Below, piece by piece: positions 17,853-28,069 of a stretch of DNA of 56,593 nt. This stretch comes from an uncultured Candidatus Bathyarchaeia archaeon (lineage in GTDB: Archaea > Thermoproteota > Bathyarchaeia > Bathyarchaeales > DTEX01). The stretch's first letter is position 1; each line of letters starts with the position of its first letter. Both the position numbers and the translations under genes were made by a program. The stretch lies in NCBI GenBank assembly GCA_964637155.1, contig CAZWWD010000001.1, positions 1-56,593 of the forward strand, written 5' to 3'. Under the pieces are notes generated by a model. That model had not been told where the DNA came from and searched no databases. It saw nothing but the letters and a program-made list of their open reading frames with translations.

Positions 17853-18201
17853 AACCACGAACCCTGAGCTCATCAGCCTAATACGGCTACTAAGGAAAGC
17901 CGCCAGAGAAAACAAGGCTAACATATGGAGGGCTGTAGCCGAGCACCTGTCAAAACCTAGGAGTAGGCGTAGAGCCGTTAATGTAAGCCGCATAAACCGC
18001 TACACGAAGGAAGGAGACGAGGTTGTTGTTCCGGGAAAGGTTCTGGGAGCCGGATTAATTACGCATCCGGTTAAAGTTGCAGCCCTAGCTTTTTCGGATC
18101 AAGCGCGCCAAAAAATAATTAAGGCTAAAGGGAAATGTTTATCCATACCCGAGCTCATAAAGCTGAATCCTAAAGGCTCAAACGTTAAAATAATTGGGTG
18201 A
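17833..18201 (+). CDS. rpl18e: Ribosomal protein eL18 (L18e)
   Basis: 122 aa, basic. Conserved position between rpoD and L13. VNVSRINRYTKEGDEVVVPGKVLG. Confidence 0.9.
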   Translation: MSRKKLKTTNPELISLIRLLRKAARENKANIWRAVAEHLSKPRSRRRAVNVSRINRYTKEGDEVVVPGKVLGAGLITHPVKVAALAFSDQARQKIIKAKGKCLSIPELIKLNPKGSNVKIIG

Positions 18202-18208
18202 ATAATCA

Positions 18209-18643
18209 ATGAAAATGCTGAAAGGCGAAAAAACAACAATAATTGACGCTAAGGGGCTGATTCTTGGGAGAATGGCTAGCGTAGTTGCTAAAAGGCTCCT
18301 TAATGGCGAGAAAATTATAATAGTTAATGCAGGCGACGCCGTAATATCAGGTAATAGGCTCCGGATAATCCGCGAAGCACATGACTTCCTTCAAATAGGG
18401 CATCCGGGGAAGGGTCCCCTACATCCAAGGAGACCGGACACAATAGTTAAGAGAACTATCCGTGGGATGCTGCCATATAAAAAGCCGCGTGGAAGAGAAG
18501 CGTTAAAGAGGCTGAGAGTATATATGGGGGTTCCAGAGGAGCTTAAGGGAATAAGCATGGAGACCATTCCCGAAGCTGACGTTAAAAAATTGAGGGGCAG
18601 CTACATAACGGTTTCCGAGCTGGCTCAGGCAATAAGAGGATGA
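18209..18643 (+). CDS. rpl13: Ribosomal protein uL13
   Basis: IIDAKGLILGRMASVVAKRLLNGEKIIIVNA pattern. 144 aa. Confidence 0.95.
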   Translation: MKMLKGEKTTIIDAKGLILGRMASVVAKRLLNGEKIIIVNAGDAVISGNRLRIIREAHDFLQIGHPGKGPLHPRRPDTIVKRTIRGMLPYKKPRGREALKRLRVYMGVPEELKGISMETIPEADVKKLRGSYITVSELAQAIRG

Positions 18644-18669
18644 AAAGGGGGAGAGGGTGAGAAATAAAT

Positions 18670-19083
18670 ATGAGAGGTTCAAAAAAGGTTTTGGTTGTAA
18701 GCGGCAAACGAAAAACAGCTATCGCGAAGGCCGTTATTAAGCCTGGAATGGGTAGAATACGCATAAACAATATACCCCTAGAAATATATGAGCCTGAGGT
18801 TGCGCGCCTCAAGATTCTTGAACCCCTCTTGGAGGCTGGCGAGGAAGTTTGGAAAGGCCTAGACATAAACGTTAAGGTGAGGGGAGGAGGCTTCATGGGT
18901 CAGGCTGAGGCGGCTAGAATGGCTATCGCCAGAGGACTCGTTAAATGGACTAGGAGCTCCCACCTGAAAACAGTTTTCCTAAAGCTTGATAGAACCCTAA
19001 TAGCGGGGGACCCGCGGAGAAAGGAGCCTAAAAAGTTTGGTGGTCCAGGCGCGAGGGCTAGATACCAGAAGAGTTATAGGTAG
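18670..19083 (+). CDS. rps9: Ribosomal protein uS9
   Basis: [11 protein letters not shown]...[19 protein letters not shown]...ends RYQKSYR. 137 aa. Confidence 0.95.
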   Translation: MRGSKKVLVVSGKRKTAIAKAVIKPGMGRIRINNIPLEIYEPEVARLKILEPLLEAGEEVWKGLDINVKVRGGGFMGQAEAARMAIARGLVKWTRSSHLKTVFLKLDRTLIAGDPRRKEPKKFGGPGARARYQKSYR

Positions 19084-19118
19084 AATGTTTCTTTTTAATT
19101 GAGGGAAGGAATGATAAT

Positions 19119-19334
19119 ATGATGATTCCTGTTAGATGTTTCACGTGCGGCAAGCTCATTGGAGATAAATGGGAGGAATTTGCTAGAAGAGTTAAGCGCG
19201 GTGAGGATCCAGGGAAAGTTTTAGATAGTTTAGGTTTAACCCGATACTGTTGTAGGCGTATGCTTCTCTCCCATGTTGAGATAATAGATGACATAATAAG
19301 ATTTTATGAAGGAAGACTGGAAGAGGAGGAATAA
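19119..19334 (+). CDS. rpoN: DNA-directed RNA polymerase subunit N (Rpo10)
   Basis: [11 protein letters not shown]...RYCCRRM zinc-binding signature. 71 aa. Confidence 0.93.
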   Translation: MMIPVRCFTCGKLIGDKWEEFARRVKRGEDPGKVLDSLGLTRYCCRRMLLSHVEIIDDIIRFYEGRLEEEE

Positions 19335-19339
19335 TCTGC

Positions 19340-20590
19340 ATGTCCACAATAATAGAGGATGTTAAAGCCAGAAAAATCCTGAACAGCAGAGGGGAGGCAA
19401 CCATAGAAGTTGAAATAACAACAACAGACGGGTTCGGCGTAGCTTCGGCTCCAAGCGGAGCAAGCAAAGGCAAGGCTGAAGCAGTAGCCTTCCCGCCCGG
19501 CGGGGTTGATGAAGCCATCAAAAAGGTTGAGGAGCTCATAGCGCCTGAGCTCATAGGGCTAAATGCCGATGAACAGGAGGAAATAGATAATCTACTACGC
19601 GAGCTTGATGGAACCAAAAACTTCATGAATATTGGGGGAAACACCGCCTACGCCGTGTCCCTAGCCGTTGCGGACGCCGCAGCCAACTCATATAATATGC
19701 CGCTATTCCAGTATTTAGGCGGATACTTAGCGTGTAATCTGCCTTATCCGCTTGGAAACGTTCTGGGCGGAGGAAAACATGCGCTCGGCAAGGTTCCGGA
19801 CATACAGGAATTTCTGGTTCTGCCGGTTGGCGCACCATCCTTTATTGCCGCCGCGGAAGCCAATGTGAAGGTTCACAGAAAATTGAGAGACATGCTTGTT
19901 AAGGTTGATCCCCACTTCACTGGTGGAAAAGGCGATGAGGGAGCCTGGGCTCCAAACATATCTAATGAGAAGGCTCTCGAGGTTGTTTCGAAGGCTTGCG
20001 AGGAGGTTTCCGATGAAGTCGGCTTTGAATGTAGAGTCGGTTTAGATGTTGCTTCCTCATCCCTCTGGAGCCCTGAGAAACAATGTTACGTGTATGAAAG
20101 TGAGGGTGTTGAGAGAGATAAGGGTGAACAGCTGGAGTATATTTTAGACCTTATTGAGAGATATAGGCTTATTTACGTTGAGGATCCATTCCACGAGGAG
20201 GATTTCGAGAGCTTCAGCGAATTAACGTCTAAGGTTAGCGGATGCCTAATATGCGGAGACGACCTCTTCGTTACTAATGTGGAGCGCCTAAGCAAAGGCA
20301 TAGAAAAGAAGGCTGGGAACGCCATAATCATTAAGATGAATCAGGTTGGAACCCTAACGGACACTTGGAACACAACTAAGCTCGCAAAGGAAAGCGGGTA
20401 TGTGCCAATAGTCTCCCACAGATCCGGTGAGACACCGGCCTTCCACATCGCGCATTTAGCCGTCGGCTTCAGCTGCCCAATAATAAAAACCGGAGTTGTC
20501 GGCGGCGAGCGCGTAGCCAAAATCAATGAGCTTATATACATCGAGGAGATATTGGGTGAAAAAGCTAAGATGGCTAGACTAAAAATTTAG
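19340..20590 (+). CDS. eno: Enolase (phosphopyruvate hydratase)
   Basis: PSGASKG, GDEGAWAP, VEDPF, GDDLFVTN, IKMNQVGT, SHRSGET and IKTG motifs. 416 aa. Confidence 0.93.
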   Translation: MSTIIEDVKARKILNSRGEATIEVEITTTDGFGVASAPSGASKGKAEAVAFPPGGVDEAIKKVEELIAPELIGLNADEQEEIDNLLRELDGTKNFMNIGGNTAYAVSLAVADAAANSYNMPLFQYLGGYLACNLPYPLGNVLGGGKHALGKVPDIQEFLVLPVGAPSFIAAAEANVKVHRKLRDMLVKVDPHFTGGKGDEGAWAPNISNEKALEVVSKACEEVSDEVGFECRVGLDVASSSLWSPEKQCYVYESEGVERDKGEQLEYILDLIERYRLIYVEDPFHEEDFESFSELTSKVSGCLICGDDLFVTNVERLSKGIEKKAGNAIIIKMNQVGTLTDTWNTTKLAKESGYVPIVSHRSGETPAFHIAHLAVGFSCPIIKTGVVGGERVAKINELIYIEEILGEKAKMARLKI

Positions 20591-20604
20591 CGGAGGACAA
20601 AGCA

Positions 20605-21258
20605 TTGCCATCTGATGAAAAAGCTAAAAGCGAATCCGGCGCTTCATCCGAAACGCTTCTGCTACCACAGGATGTTCTCCTCTCGGCTGGAGTACACATT
20701 GGAACAAAAATCAAGACGAAAGATATGGAGCCCTTCATCTATAGGGTTAGAGGCGACGGCCTATTCGTTTTAGACATAAAAAAGATTGACGAACGAATAA
20801 GGATTGCCGCGAAATTCCTGAGCAGGTTTGATCCGCCTAGAATTGCAGCTACAGCCGTCAGACTTTACGCTAGGGAACCAGTCGCGAAATTCTGTGAGGT
20901 TACGGGGGCCATACCAATCATCGGGCGGTTTATCCCAGGCTTACTCTCGAATCCGCTTTATCCCGGCAGAATAGAACCGGACGTCATGCTGGTCTCCGAC
21001 CCCCGAGCCGACGCCCAAGCCATTAGGGAATCAACTAAAATAGGCATACCGGTTGTAGCCCTATGTAGCACAGATAATGACTTCACAAATATAGATCTGG
21101 TTATACCGACAAACAATAAGGGGCGGAGAGCCCTCGCAGTAATATACTGGCTTTTAGCCAGGCAGGTTCTCCGCGAGAGAGGTGAGCTCCCACCGGACGG
21201 CGACCTGCCAATTCCAATAGAAGATTTTGAGGTTAAGCTCGCCGAGAGAGGACGCTAG
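20605..21258 (+). CDS. rps2: Ribosomal protein uS2
   Basis: LLSAGVHIGTKIKTKDMEPFIY...DPRADAQAIRESTKIGIPVVALCSTDN. 217 aa. TTG start. Confidence 0.93.
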   Translation: MPSDEKAKSESGASSETLLLPQDVLLSAGVHIGTKIKTKDMEPFIYRVRGDGLFVLDIKKIDERIRIAAKFLSRFDPPRIAATAVRLYAREPVAKFCEVTGAIPIIGRFIPGLLSNPLYPGRIEPDVMLVSDPRADAQAIRESTKIGIPVVALCSTDNDFTNIDLVIPTNNKGRRALAVIYWLLARQVLRERGELPPDGDLPIPIEDFEVKLAERGR

Positions 21259-21341
21259 CTGCAATTCTCACCCAAAAATAATTTAAATTTAGGTCAAATA
21301 CTTAGCTAATATTTTATATTTTAGGCTCCATAGAGTCTTAT

Positions 21342-22223
21342 TTGAATGGAAGTAGGGAGGAGAATAATCTGTCAGCTAAAATTAGATATGCAAAGTATGC
21401 TGGAAGCTTCTACGCTGGATCAAAATCTTCTCTAGAAAGGCAGATAGAAGAATGCTTCAAACATAGGTTTGGTCCAGGTAAAATCCCCGTGCCCTCCAAA
21501 GAGGGCCCAAGAAAAATAGTGGGTCTCATCTGCCCTCATGCGGGATACATGTATTCTGGACCTGTAGCCGCTAACGCTTATTATCAGCTCGCCTTGGATG
21601 GGCAGGCTGACGTGTTTGTGATTTTAGGCCCCAACCATCAGGGGGTTGGAAGCGGCGTTGCAATCATGAATCGCGGTTTTTGGCGGACGCCGCTTGGAGA
21701 TGTGGAGATCGACGCTGAAGTTGCTGAGAGCATTCTCCGCAATTCAGATATAATTGATGTTGATGACTCAGCTCACGCATACGAGCATTCAATAGAGGTT
21801 CAGTTACCGTTTCTACAGTATGTTTTCGGCTCATCCTTCAAGTTTGTTCCAATATGCTTTCTAATGCAGGACTTGGAAACCAGCCGTGAAGTAGGCCAAG
21901 CGTTGGCTGAGGCCCTGAAAGATAGAAATGCGGTTATAGTGGCTTCAACGGATATGACCCACTATGAACCCCATGACAGGGCATGCGAGAAGGATAGGGA
22001 GGCTATAAACGCGATACTCCAGCTTAATGAATCTCTCTTCTACTCGATTCTTGAATCACGTAATGTGACGGCCTGCGGTTATGGTCCAGTAGCCGCCTTA
22101 ATAACTGCGGCGAAAAAGCTAGGCGCCGAGAGAGCTGAGCTACTAAGCTACAAGACTAGTGGGGACATAACCGGCGACAAATCCGCCGTCGTAGGCTACG
22201 CGGCCATATCAGTAAGCAAATAA
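21342..22223 (+). CDS. MEMO1-family protein (AmmeMemoRadiSam system protein B-like)
   Basis: GLICPHAGYMYSGPVAANAY, ILGPNH and EHSIEVQLPFLQ motifs. 293 aa. Confidence 0.85.
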   Translation: MNGSREENNLSAKIRYAKYAGSFYAGSKSSLERQIEECFKHRFGPGKIPVPSKEGPRKIVGLICPHAGYMYSGPVAANAYYQLALDGQADVFVILGPNHQGVGSGVAIMNRGFWRTPLGDVEIDAEVAESILRNSDIIDVDDSAHAYEHSIEVQLPFLQYVFGSSFKFVPICFLMQDLETSREVGQALAEALKDRNAVIVASTDMTHYEPHDRACEKDREAINAILQLNESLFYSILESRNVTACGYGPVAALITAAKKLGAERAELLSYKTSGDITGDKSAVVGYAAISVSK

Positions 22224-22237
22224 AAAAGGGGTTCCGG

Positions 22238-23224
22238 TTGAAGTCTGAATCCAAGGCTTCCGCACCGGCGAAGATCATTCTCTTCGGTGAGCACTTCGTT
22301 GTATACGATAAACCGGCGGTAGTTATAGCCATAGATAGAAGAGCATACGTGACGGTGAAGCCTAGATCCGACAGTAAGATAGTTATTAAATCGGCCGCCA
22401 TAAATGCTTCAGGAGCCTTCACAAGCAACGGCGAATACCGGCCGATAGAGGGCGGATTGGAGAATGAGGCAAGATTCAAACCAATCTATTTAATCGCAAA
22501 AAATCTTCTAGCTTCCTCCAGCGAGGAAACCGGACTTAACATTGAGATTACCTCATCAATTCCAATCGCAGCTGGATTAGGTTCTTCAGCCGCTGTTGCA
22601 GCTGCATCAGCCGCCGCTATAGGCAGCCTCCTAGAAATCAACCTCACCAAAAATGACATTTTCAGATTAGCCCTAGAGGCCGAGAAGCTTGTTCATGGCA
22701 ATCCGTCCGGCGTGGACCCGGCGATCTCAACCTACGGAGGCGTCCTCCTATATCGTAAAAGTGAGGGGATAAAGCGATTGAATATTGAATCTGATCTGCC
22801 GCTTGCCGTCGGAAACACAGGTGTTAAGCGTGTAACCGGCGATATGGTTTCCCACGTAAGCAGACTAAGAAATCAATATCCAACCGTCGTCGATAGAATA
22901 ATGGATGCCGGATCAGCGGTCGCCAGCCTAGGTGTTGAGGCGCTTAAAAGCGGCGACCTAAAAACTTTAGGCGACCTAATGAACATGAATCACGCCCTTC
23001 TATGCGCCCTCGGAGTTTCAAATCAGGCTATTGAACGGCTTATCGCCGCGGCTAGAAGATCCGGCGCGTTAGGAGCCAAGCTAACCGGGGCTGGGGGCGG
23101 GGGATGCATCATCGCATTATCTACACCCAACAAGGTTCATCAGGTTGTGGAGGCAATCCGGCATGCGGGCGGTGAGGCCTTCGCAACCACCAAAGCCCCT
23201 GAGGGTGTGAGAATTGAAGAGTAA
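22238..23224 (+). CDS. mvk: Mevalonate kinase
   Basis: GHMP kinase motifs APAKIILFGEHFVVY and IPIAAGLGSSAAV, plus C-terminal KLTGAGGGGC. 328 aa. Confidence 0.9.
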   Translation: MKSESKASAPAKIILFGEHFVVYDKPAVVIAIDRRAYVTVKPRSDSKIVIKSAAINASGAFTSNGEYRPIEGGLENEARFKPIYLIAKNLLASSSEETGLNIEITSSIPIAAGLGSSAAVAAASAAAIGSLLEINLTKNDIFRLALEAEKLVHGNPSGVDPAISTYGGVLLYRKSEGIKRLNIESDLPLAVGNTGVKRVTGDMVSHVSRLRNQYPTVVDRIMDAGSAVASLGVEALKSGDLKTLGDLMNMNHALLCALGVSNQAIERLIAAARRSGALGAKLTGAGGGGCIIALSTPNKVHQVVEAIRHAGGEAFATTKAPEGVRIEE

Positions 23225-24011
23225 ACCCATAATACTTAAGCTGGGCGGCTCGGTCCTAACTGTTAAGGATAAGCCCTTAACCCCAAACATGGATGCAATA
23301 GGGCGGCTGGCTAAGGAAATAGCTGAGGCCGACGTTTCGCCGCTAATAATCGTTCATGGGGGAGGCAGCTACGGGCATCCATTAGCCGCCAAATACAAGA
23401 TTGCTGAGGGCTTTAAGAGTAGAAGCCAAACTCTAGGCTTCTCCAAAACCCACAACGCTATGGTCTCACTAAACATGCTTGTCGTTGAATCCCTGCTGAA
23501 TGAGGGGGTTCCAGCCTTCAGCATAGCGCCCTCATCATTTGTGGTCACTAGGCGCGGTAGAATCCAAAGCCTCCGAAGAGACGTGCTGGAGAACGCCATT
23601 AAGCTAGGCTTCACGCCGGTTCTCTATGGCGATGCAGTTTTCGACAGTGAAATGGGGTTCGCAATTCTCTCCGGAGACCAGCTAATCTCTAAGTTAGCTG
23701 TTGAGTTGGATGCTAAGAGGATAATTGTGGGCGTTGATGTAGACGGCCTATTTACGTCCGACCCGAAAACGGATAAATCCGCTCAGCTCATCTCTCATAT
23801 CACACTTAATGAACTAAAAAGCATGGTTGATAGAATAGGCGGCTCAAATACGGTTGATGTAACCGGAGGCATGATGGGAAAAATTTTTGAATTAACTGCG
23901 GCAGTTATGAATGATATTGAAGTGTTTATTTTGAACGCTTCAAAGCCCGGTAATGTCTGTAGAGCCCTGAAAGGAGAAAAAGTCGTTGGAACAAGAATCG
24001 TTAGGGAATGA
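23214..24011 (+). CDS. Isopentenyl phosphate kinase (amino-acid-kinase fold)
   Basis: ILKLGGSVLT, VHGGGSYGH and VTGGM motifs. Sits between mvk and idi2. 265 aa. Confidence 0.85.
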   Translation: MKSKPIILKLGGSVLTVKDKPLTPNMDAIGRLAKEIAEADVSPLIIVHGGGSYGHPLAAKYKIAEGFKSRSQTLGFSKTHNAMVSLNMLVVESLLNEGVPAFSIAPSSFVVTRRGRIQSLRRDVLENAIKLGFTPVLYGDAVFDSEMGFAILSGDQLISKLAVELDAKRIIVGVDVDGLFTSDPKTDKSAQLISHITLNELKSMVDRIGGSNTVDVTGGMMGKIFELTAAVMNDIEVFILNASKPGNVCRALKGEKVVGTRIVRE

Positions 24012-25113
24012 GGAGCATATAATTCGAATAAAAAATAGGAAGGATGAGCACATAACGATCTGCCTAGAGAAGGATGTTGAAGCGAGAAAGGCGACCACAG
24101 GATTCGAAGAAGTTTTCCTAATACATAAGGCTCTTCCAGAAATAAACCTACGTGACGTAAAGACTGAAACAACCTTTCTCAACCATAATTTTTCAGCCCC
24201 AATAATAGTTGAAGGCATGACTGGTGGAACAGAAAGAGCCATGAAAATAAACGCTGCAATAGCCCAAGCCGTTGAGGAATTAGGCTTAGGGATGGGTGTG
24301 GGAAGCCAGAGAGCAGCCCTAGAGAACCCTGAACTTGAGAAAACCTATAAGATCGTGAGGGAGAAGGCGCCTACATCCTTCATAGTGTCAAATATTGGTG
24401 GGCCGCAAATCGCCATGAAATACGATCTCAAAAAGATTAAGCGGGCAGTGGAGATGATTGATGCCGATGCTCTGGCAATCCACCTAAATCCGCTTCAAGA
24501 GGCCATCCAGCCGGAGGGGGAAACAGTTTACGCTGGGATAATAGGGAAGATTGAGAAGATAGTGAACAGCGTAGATGTGCCCGTAATCGTCAAGGAGACT
24601 GGAGCCGGCATTTCGGCTGAGGTCGCCAGGCAGCTGGAGAAGGCTGGAGTAGCATGCATAGATGTGGCTGGAGCCGGAGGAACAAGCTGGGCTGCAGTTG
24701 AATATTACAGGGCTGCTAAAACCGGCGATGAATTCAGCCGCGATTTGGGGCTTGAGCTCTGGGATTGGGGAATACCGACAGCCGTCAGCCTAGTTGAAGT
24801 TGTTCAGTCAGTCAGCCTACCGGTTATTGCATCCGGAGGCTTAAGATCAGGCCTAGACATAGCGAAATCCATAGCGTTAGGCGCATCATTAGCTGGGGTT
24901 GCCCGCCCAATCCTTATCTCAGCATCTAAAGGCTATGATGAAACCAAAAAAACCCTCTGCAAGCTTGTTAATCAGCTGAGAAACATCATGTTCCTTATTG
25001 GGGTGGATTCAATAGAAAAACTGAAGAATGCGCCCCTAGTAATATTGGGGCGGACAGCTGAATGGCTTAGGGCTAGGGGATTTAAACCGGAGCTGTATGC
25101 TAAGAGGAGGTGA
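23986..25113 (+). CDS. fni: Isopentenyl-diphosphate delta-isomerase, type 2 (FMN-dependent)
   Basis: RKDEHI, GSQRAALE, VKETGAG and ASGGLRSGLDIAKSIALGA motifs. 375 aa. Non-ATG start overlaps the IPK end. Confidence 0.9.
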   Translation: MEQESLGNEEHIIRIKNRKDEHITICLEKDVEARKATTGFEEVFLIHKALPEINLRDVKTETTFLNHNFSAPIIVEGMTGGTERAMKINAAIAQAVEELGLGMGVGSQRAALENPELEKTYKIVREKAPTSFIVSNIGGPQIAMKYDLKKIKRAVEMIDADALAIHLNPLQEAIQPEGETVYAGIIGKIEKIVNSVDVPVIVKETGAGISAEVARQLEKAGVACIDVAGAGGTSWAAVEYYRAAKTGDEFSRDLGLELWDWGIPTAVSLVEVVQSVSLPVIASGGLRSGLDIAKSIALGASLAGVARPILISASKGYDETKKTLCKLVNQLRNIMFLIGVDSIEKLKNAPLVILGRTAEWLRARGFKPELYAKRR

Positions 25114-25122
25114 ATTAACGGT

Positions 25123-26202
25123 ATGAGCGGAAACGATATAGAAGGGATCCTAAAGGAGAACGCCAAGCTCATCGATGCTCACATAGAAAAGTATGTGCCG
25201 CGAAAATTCACGGAAGACTCCATCCTATTTAAGATTATTCCGCCGAAATACCGTTTGGATCTAGATGCCTTAAACAAAGCCATAAGTGAGCCGCTGTGGG
25301 AGTTCCTGGATAGAGGCGGTAAACGCTGGCGACCAACGCTTTTCCTACTTATATATGAGGCTTTAGGCGGTGACCCTGGAAAAGCACTCGACTTCGCTAT
25401 CATACCGGAAGTAATCCACAATGGGACATTAATAGCCGATGACATAGAAGATTCATCGGAGATGAGAAGGGGGAAACCCTGCACCTACAGGATTTTCGGA
25501 GAAGACATAGCCATAAACCTCTCGCAAGCCATGTATTTCCTACCGTTAATTGTTTTAAGCGAGAAGGCTGCTGAAATCCCGGTGGACAGGGCTAGGCGAA
25601 TATATGAAATATACGTGCAGGAAATGATTAACCTAAGTTTTGGGCAGGCAATCGACATAGCTTGGCATAGAGGTTTAATTCAAGCGGAAAAACTAACCGA
25701 GGAACATTATCTTCAAATGTGCGCCTACAAGACTGGAACGCTGGCTAGGATGGCAGCTAAGATGGCCGCCGTTCTAGCCGGCGCGGAAAACGAGGTTGTC
25801 GAGAAATTAGGCAGATTCGCGGAGTCGATAGGAGTAGCCTTCCAAATTCAAGATGACATACTAGATATTGTTGGCGAAGAATTCGCCAAAGGTAAGGGCG
25901 GCTTAGGAATGGACATAACTGAAGGAAAACTAACCCTAATGGTGATACACACGCTCCAAAAGGCAAGCCGAGAAGACAGAGAGGAGCTGCTGAGAATACT
26001 TGGCATGCATACGAGAGATAAAGATCTGAAAGGAAAAGCTATTGAAATAATGAAGAAGTATGGTGCCGTCGAATACGCGAAGAAGGTTGCGTCGAAGCTT
26101 ATCGAGGAAAGTTGGGGCATCGTCGATGAGCTGCTCCCCGACTCGGAAGCAAAGGAAAAAATTAGGTTACTCACCGAATACTTGATTCGAAGAAAAATAT
26201 AA
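25123..26202 (+). CDS. idsA: Geranylgeranyl diphosphate synthase (trans-polyprenyl synthase)
   Basis: Two Asp-rich motifs: LIADDIEDSSEMRRG and FQIQDDILDI. 359 aa. Confidence 0.9.
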   Translation: MSGNDIEGILKENAKLIDAHIEKYVPRKFTEDSILFKIIPPKYRLDLDALNKAISEPLWEFLDRGGKRWRPTLFLLIYEALGGDPGKALDFAIIPEVIHNGTLIADDIEDSSEMRRGKPCTYRIFGEDIAINLSQAMYFLPLIVLSEKAAEIPVDRARRIYEIYVQEMINLSFGQAIDIAWHRGLIQAEKLTEEHYLQMCAYKTGTLARMAAKMAAVLAGAENEVVEKLGRFAESIGVAFQIQDDILDIVGEEFAKGKGGLGMDITEGKLTLMVIHTLQKASREDREELLRILGMHTRDKDLKGKAIEIMKKYGAVEYAKKVASKLIEESWGIVDELLPDSEAKEKIRLLTEYLIRRKI

Positions 26203-26239
26203 CAAGACTCTCTTAATTATTTGTGAAGAGGTTCCCAAA

Positions 26240-28009
26240 TTGAATACGCCAATGAAGGATCTTAATGCTGTAAGAGAGGCGATAAGGAGAATAGCCCTAT
26301 TAAATGCAATATCTCATGAGGGGAAAGCCCAGAGCAAACCTGTTCTAGGCAAACTGCTCAGCGAAAGACCTGACCTGAGAGGCGTGGCCAGAGAGCTAGT
26401 AAGCCTAGTGGATGAGGTGGTGCGTGAAGTCAATAATATGCCCCCTGAAAAACAGATTGAGCTAGTTAAAGCCCTATGGCCTGAAGCCCTAGCAGAGAGA
26501 AAGGAGAAGAGAAAAGAGAAGGCTGAGGAGAAAGCTCTTCCACCACTACCCAACGTGGAGAAGTATGATCGAGTTGTAACCCGCTTCGCCCCAAACCCCG
26601 ACTGCGTTCTTCACTTGGGCTCCGCACGCGCCATAATATTAAGCTACGAATACGCCAAAATGTACAATGGTTTATTCATTCTGAGGTTTGAGGATACGGA
26701 TCCAAGATTGAAGAAGTCCTCCCTAGAGTTTATGGATTTAATCAGGGAAGACCTAGAGTGGCTAGGTTGCCCCCCAGATAAAGAGTACATTCAAAGCGAT
26801 AGGATCGAAATCTACTACAAGTATGCTGAAAAACTTCTGGAGGAGGGTTACGCTTATGTTTGCACGTGCCCCCCAGACGAGTTCCGCAATAGAGTAAGAG
26901 CCGGTGAACCGTGTCCATGCAGAAATCTACCGCCCGAGGAAAACCTGCGACGCTGGGAGTCCATGCTCAGCGGAGCATACGCTGAGGGCGAGGCAGTAAT
27001 GCGAATAAAAACAGACCTAAAGCATCCGAACCCCGCCATCAGAGACTGGCCTGCCTTCCGAATAATAGACACAAAAAAGCATCCGCATCCCAGAGTCGGC
27101 TCCAAATACCGTGTTTGGCCCCTCTACAATTTCGCCTGCGGAGTAGATGACCATTTAATGGGTGTAACCCACATCATACGGGGAAAGGAGCATTTAACCA
27201 ATCAGGAGAGACAGAAGTATCTTTATCGCTATTTAGGCTGGGAGTATCCGGAGGCAATCCACTATGGAAGGCTTAAGATTGAGGGGGCGCTGCTAAGCAA
27301 GTCTAAGATTGTGCGCGGGGTAAAAGAGGGCTTATACGCTGGCTGGGACGACCCTAGATTGGCAACCTTCCTAGCTTTAAGGCGTAGGGGAATAAGGCCT
27401 GAAGCCATAAGAAGGCTCATACTTGATATAGGGCCTAGATCGGCTGACATAACCATAAGCTGGGATAACCTTTACGCATATAACAGAAAAATAATTGATC
27501 CCATAGCCGACAGATTCTTCTTCCTGTGGAATCCGGTAAAGCTAATAGTTAAAGACGTCAAAAAGGACTTTGTAGTGCGTATTCCACTGCATCCAGATCA
27601 CCCGGAAAGAGGCTGCCGAACCTTCCACATTAAACCAGCAAATAATATGGTGCATCTGCTAATATCTGGTGACGATGCTAAACAGCTAAAACCCGGAATT
27701 ACACTACGCTTAATGGAGCTATTCAACATAAGAATTGAAGAAACCGGCGAAGATAGGGTTGTCGCCGCCTTCCATAGTGAACCATACATTGAAGCTAAGA
27801 AGATCGGTGCGCAGCTAATCCACTGGCTTCCGGAGAATGAGGGTTTACCATGCGACGTTATAATGCCGGATAACTCCACCATATCCGGCCTAGTTGAAAA
27901 ATCGCTTAAAATGGCTTCACCGGACAGGATCGTTCAGTTTGAACGATTCGGCTTTGTTAGGATTGAAAGCTTAGGCGAAAAAATAATTGCTTTATTTACC
28001 CATAAATAA
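26240..28009 (+). CDS. gltX: Glutamyl-tRNA synthetase (archaeal type)
   Basis: RFAPNPDCVLHLGSAR (HIGH-type) and LLSKSK (KMSKS-type). Archaeal N-terminal ALLNAISHEGKA extension. 589 aa. Confidence 0.9.
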   Translation: MNTPMKDLNAVREAIRRIALLNAISHEGKAQSKPVLGKLLSERPDLRGVARELVSLVDEVVREVNNMPPEKQIELVKALWPEALAERKEKRKEKAEEKALPPLPNVEKYDRVVTRFAPNPDCVLHLGSARAIILSYEYAKMYNGLFILRFEDTDPRLKKSSLEFMDLIREDLEWLGCPPDKEYIQSDRIEIYYKYAEKLLEEGYAYVCTCPPDEFRNRVRAGEPCPCRNLPPEENLRRWESMLSGAYAEGEAVMRIKTDLKHPNPAIRDWPAFRIIDTKKHPHPRVGSKYRVWPLYNFACGVDDHLMGVTHIIRGKEHLTNQERQKYLYRYLGWEYPEAIHYGRLKIEGALLSKSKIVRGVKEGLYAGWDDPRLATFLALRRRGIRPEAIRRLILDIGPRSADITISWDNLYAYNRKIIDPIADRFFFLWNPVKLIVKDVKKDFVVRIPLHPDHPERGCRTFHIKPANNMVHLLISGDDAKQLKPGITLRLMELFNIRIEETGEDRVVAAFHSEPYIEAKKIGAQLIHWLPENEGLPCDVIMPDNSTISGLVEKSLKMASPDRIVQFERFGFVRIESLGEKIIALFTHK

Positions 28010-28069
28010 CAAAAAATAATATAGTTTTATGGTGAGAAACGAGTTTAGAAAGGGGGAGGTTTCGCGAAT

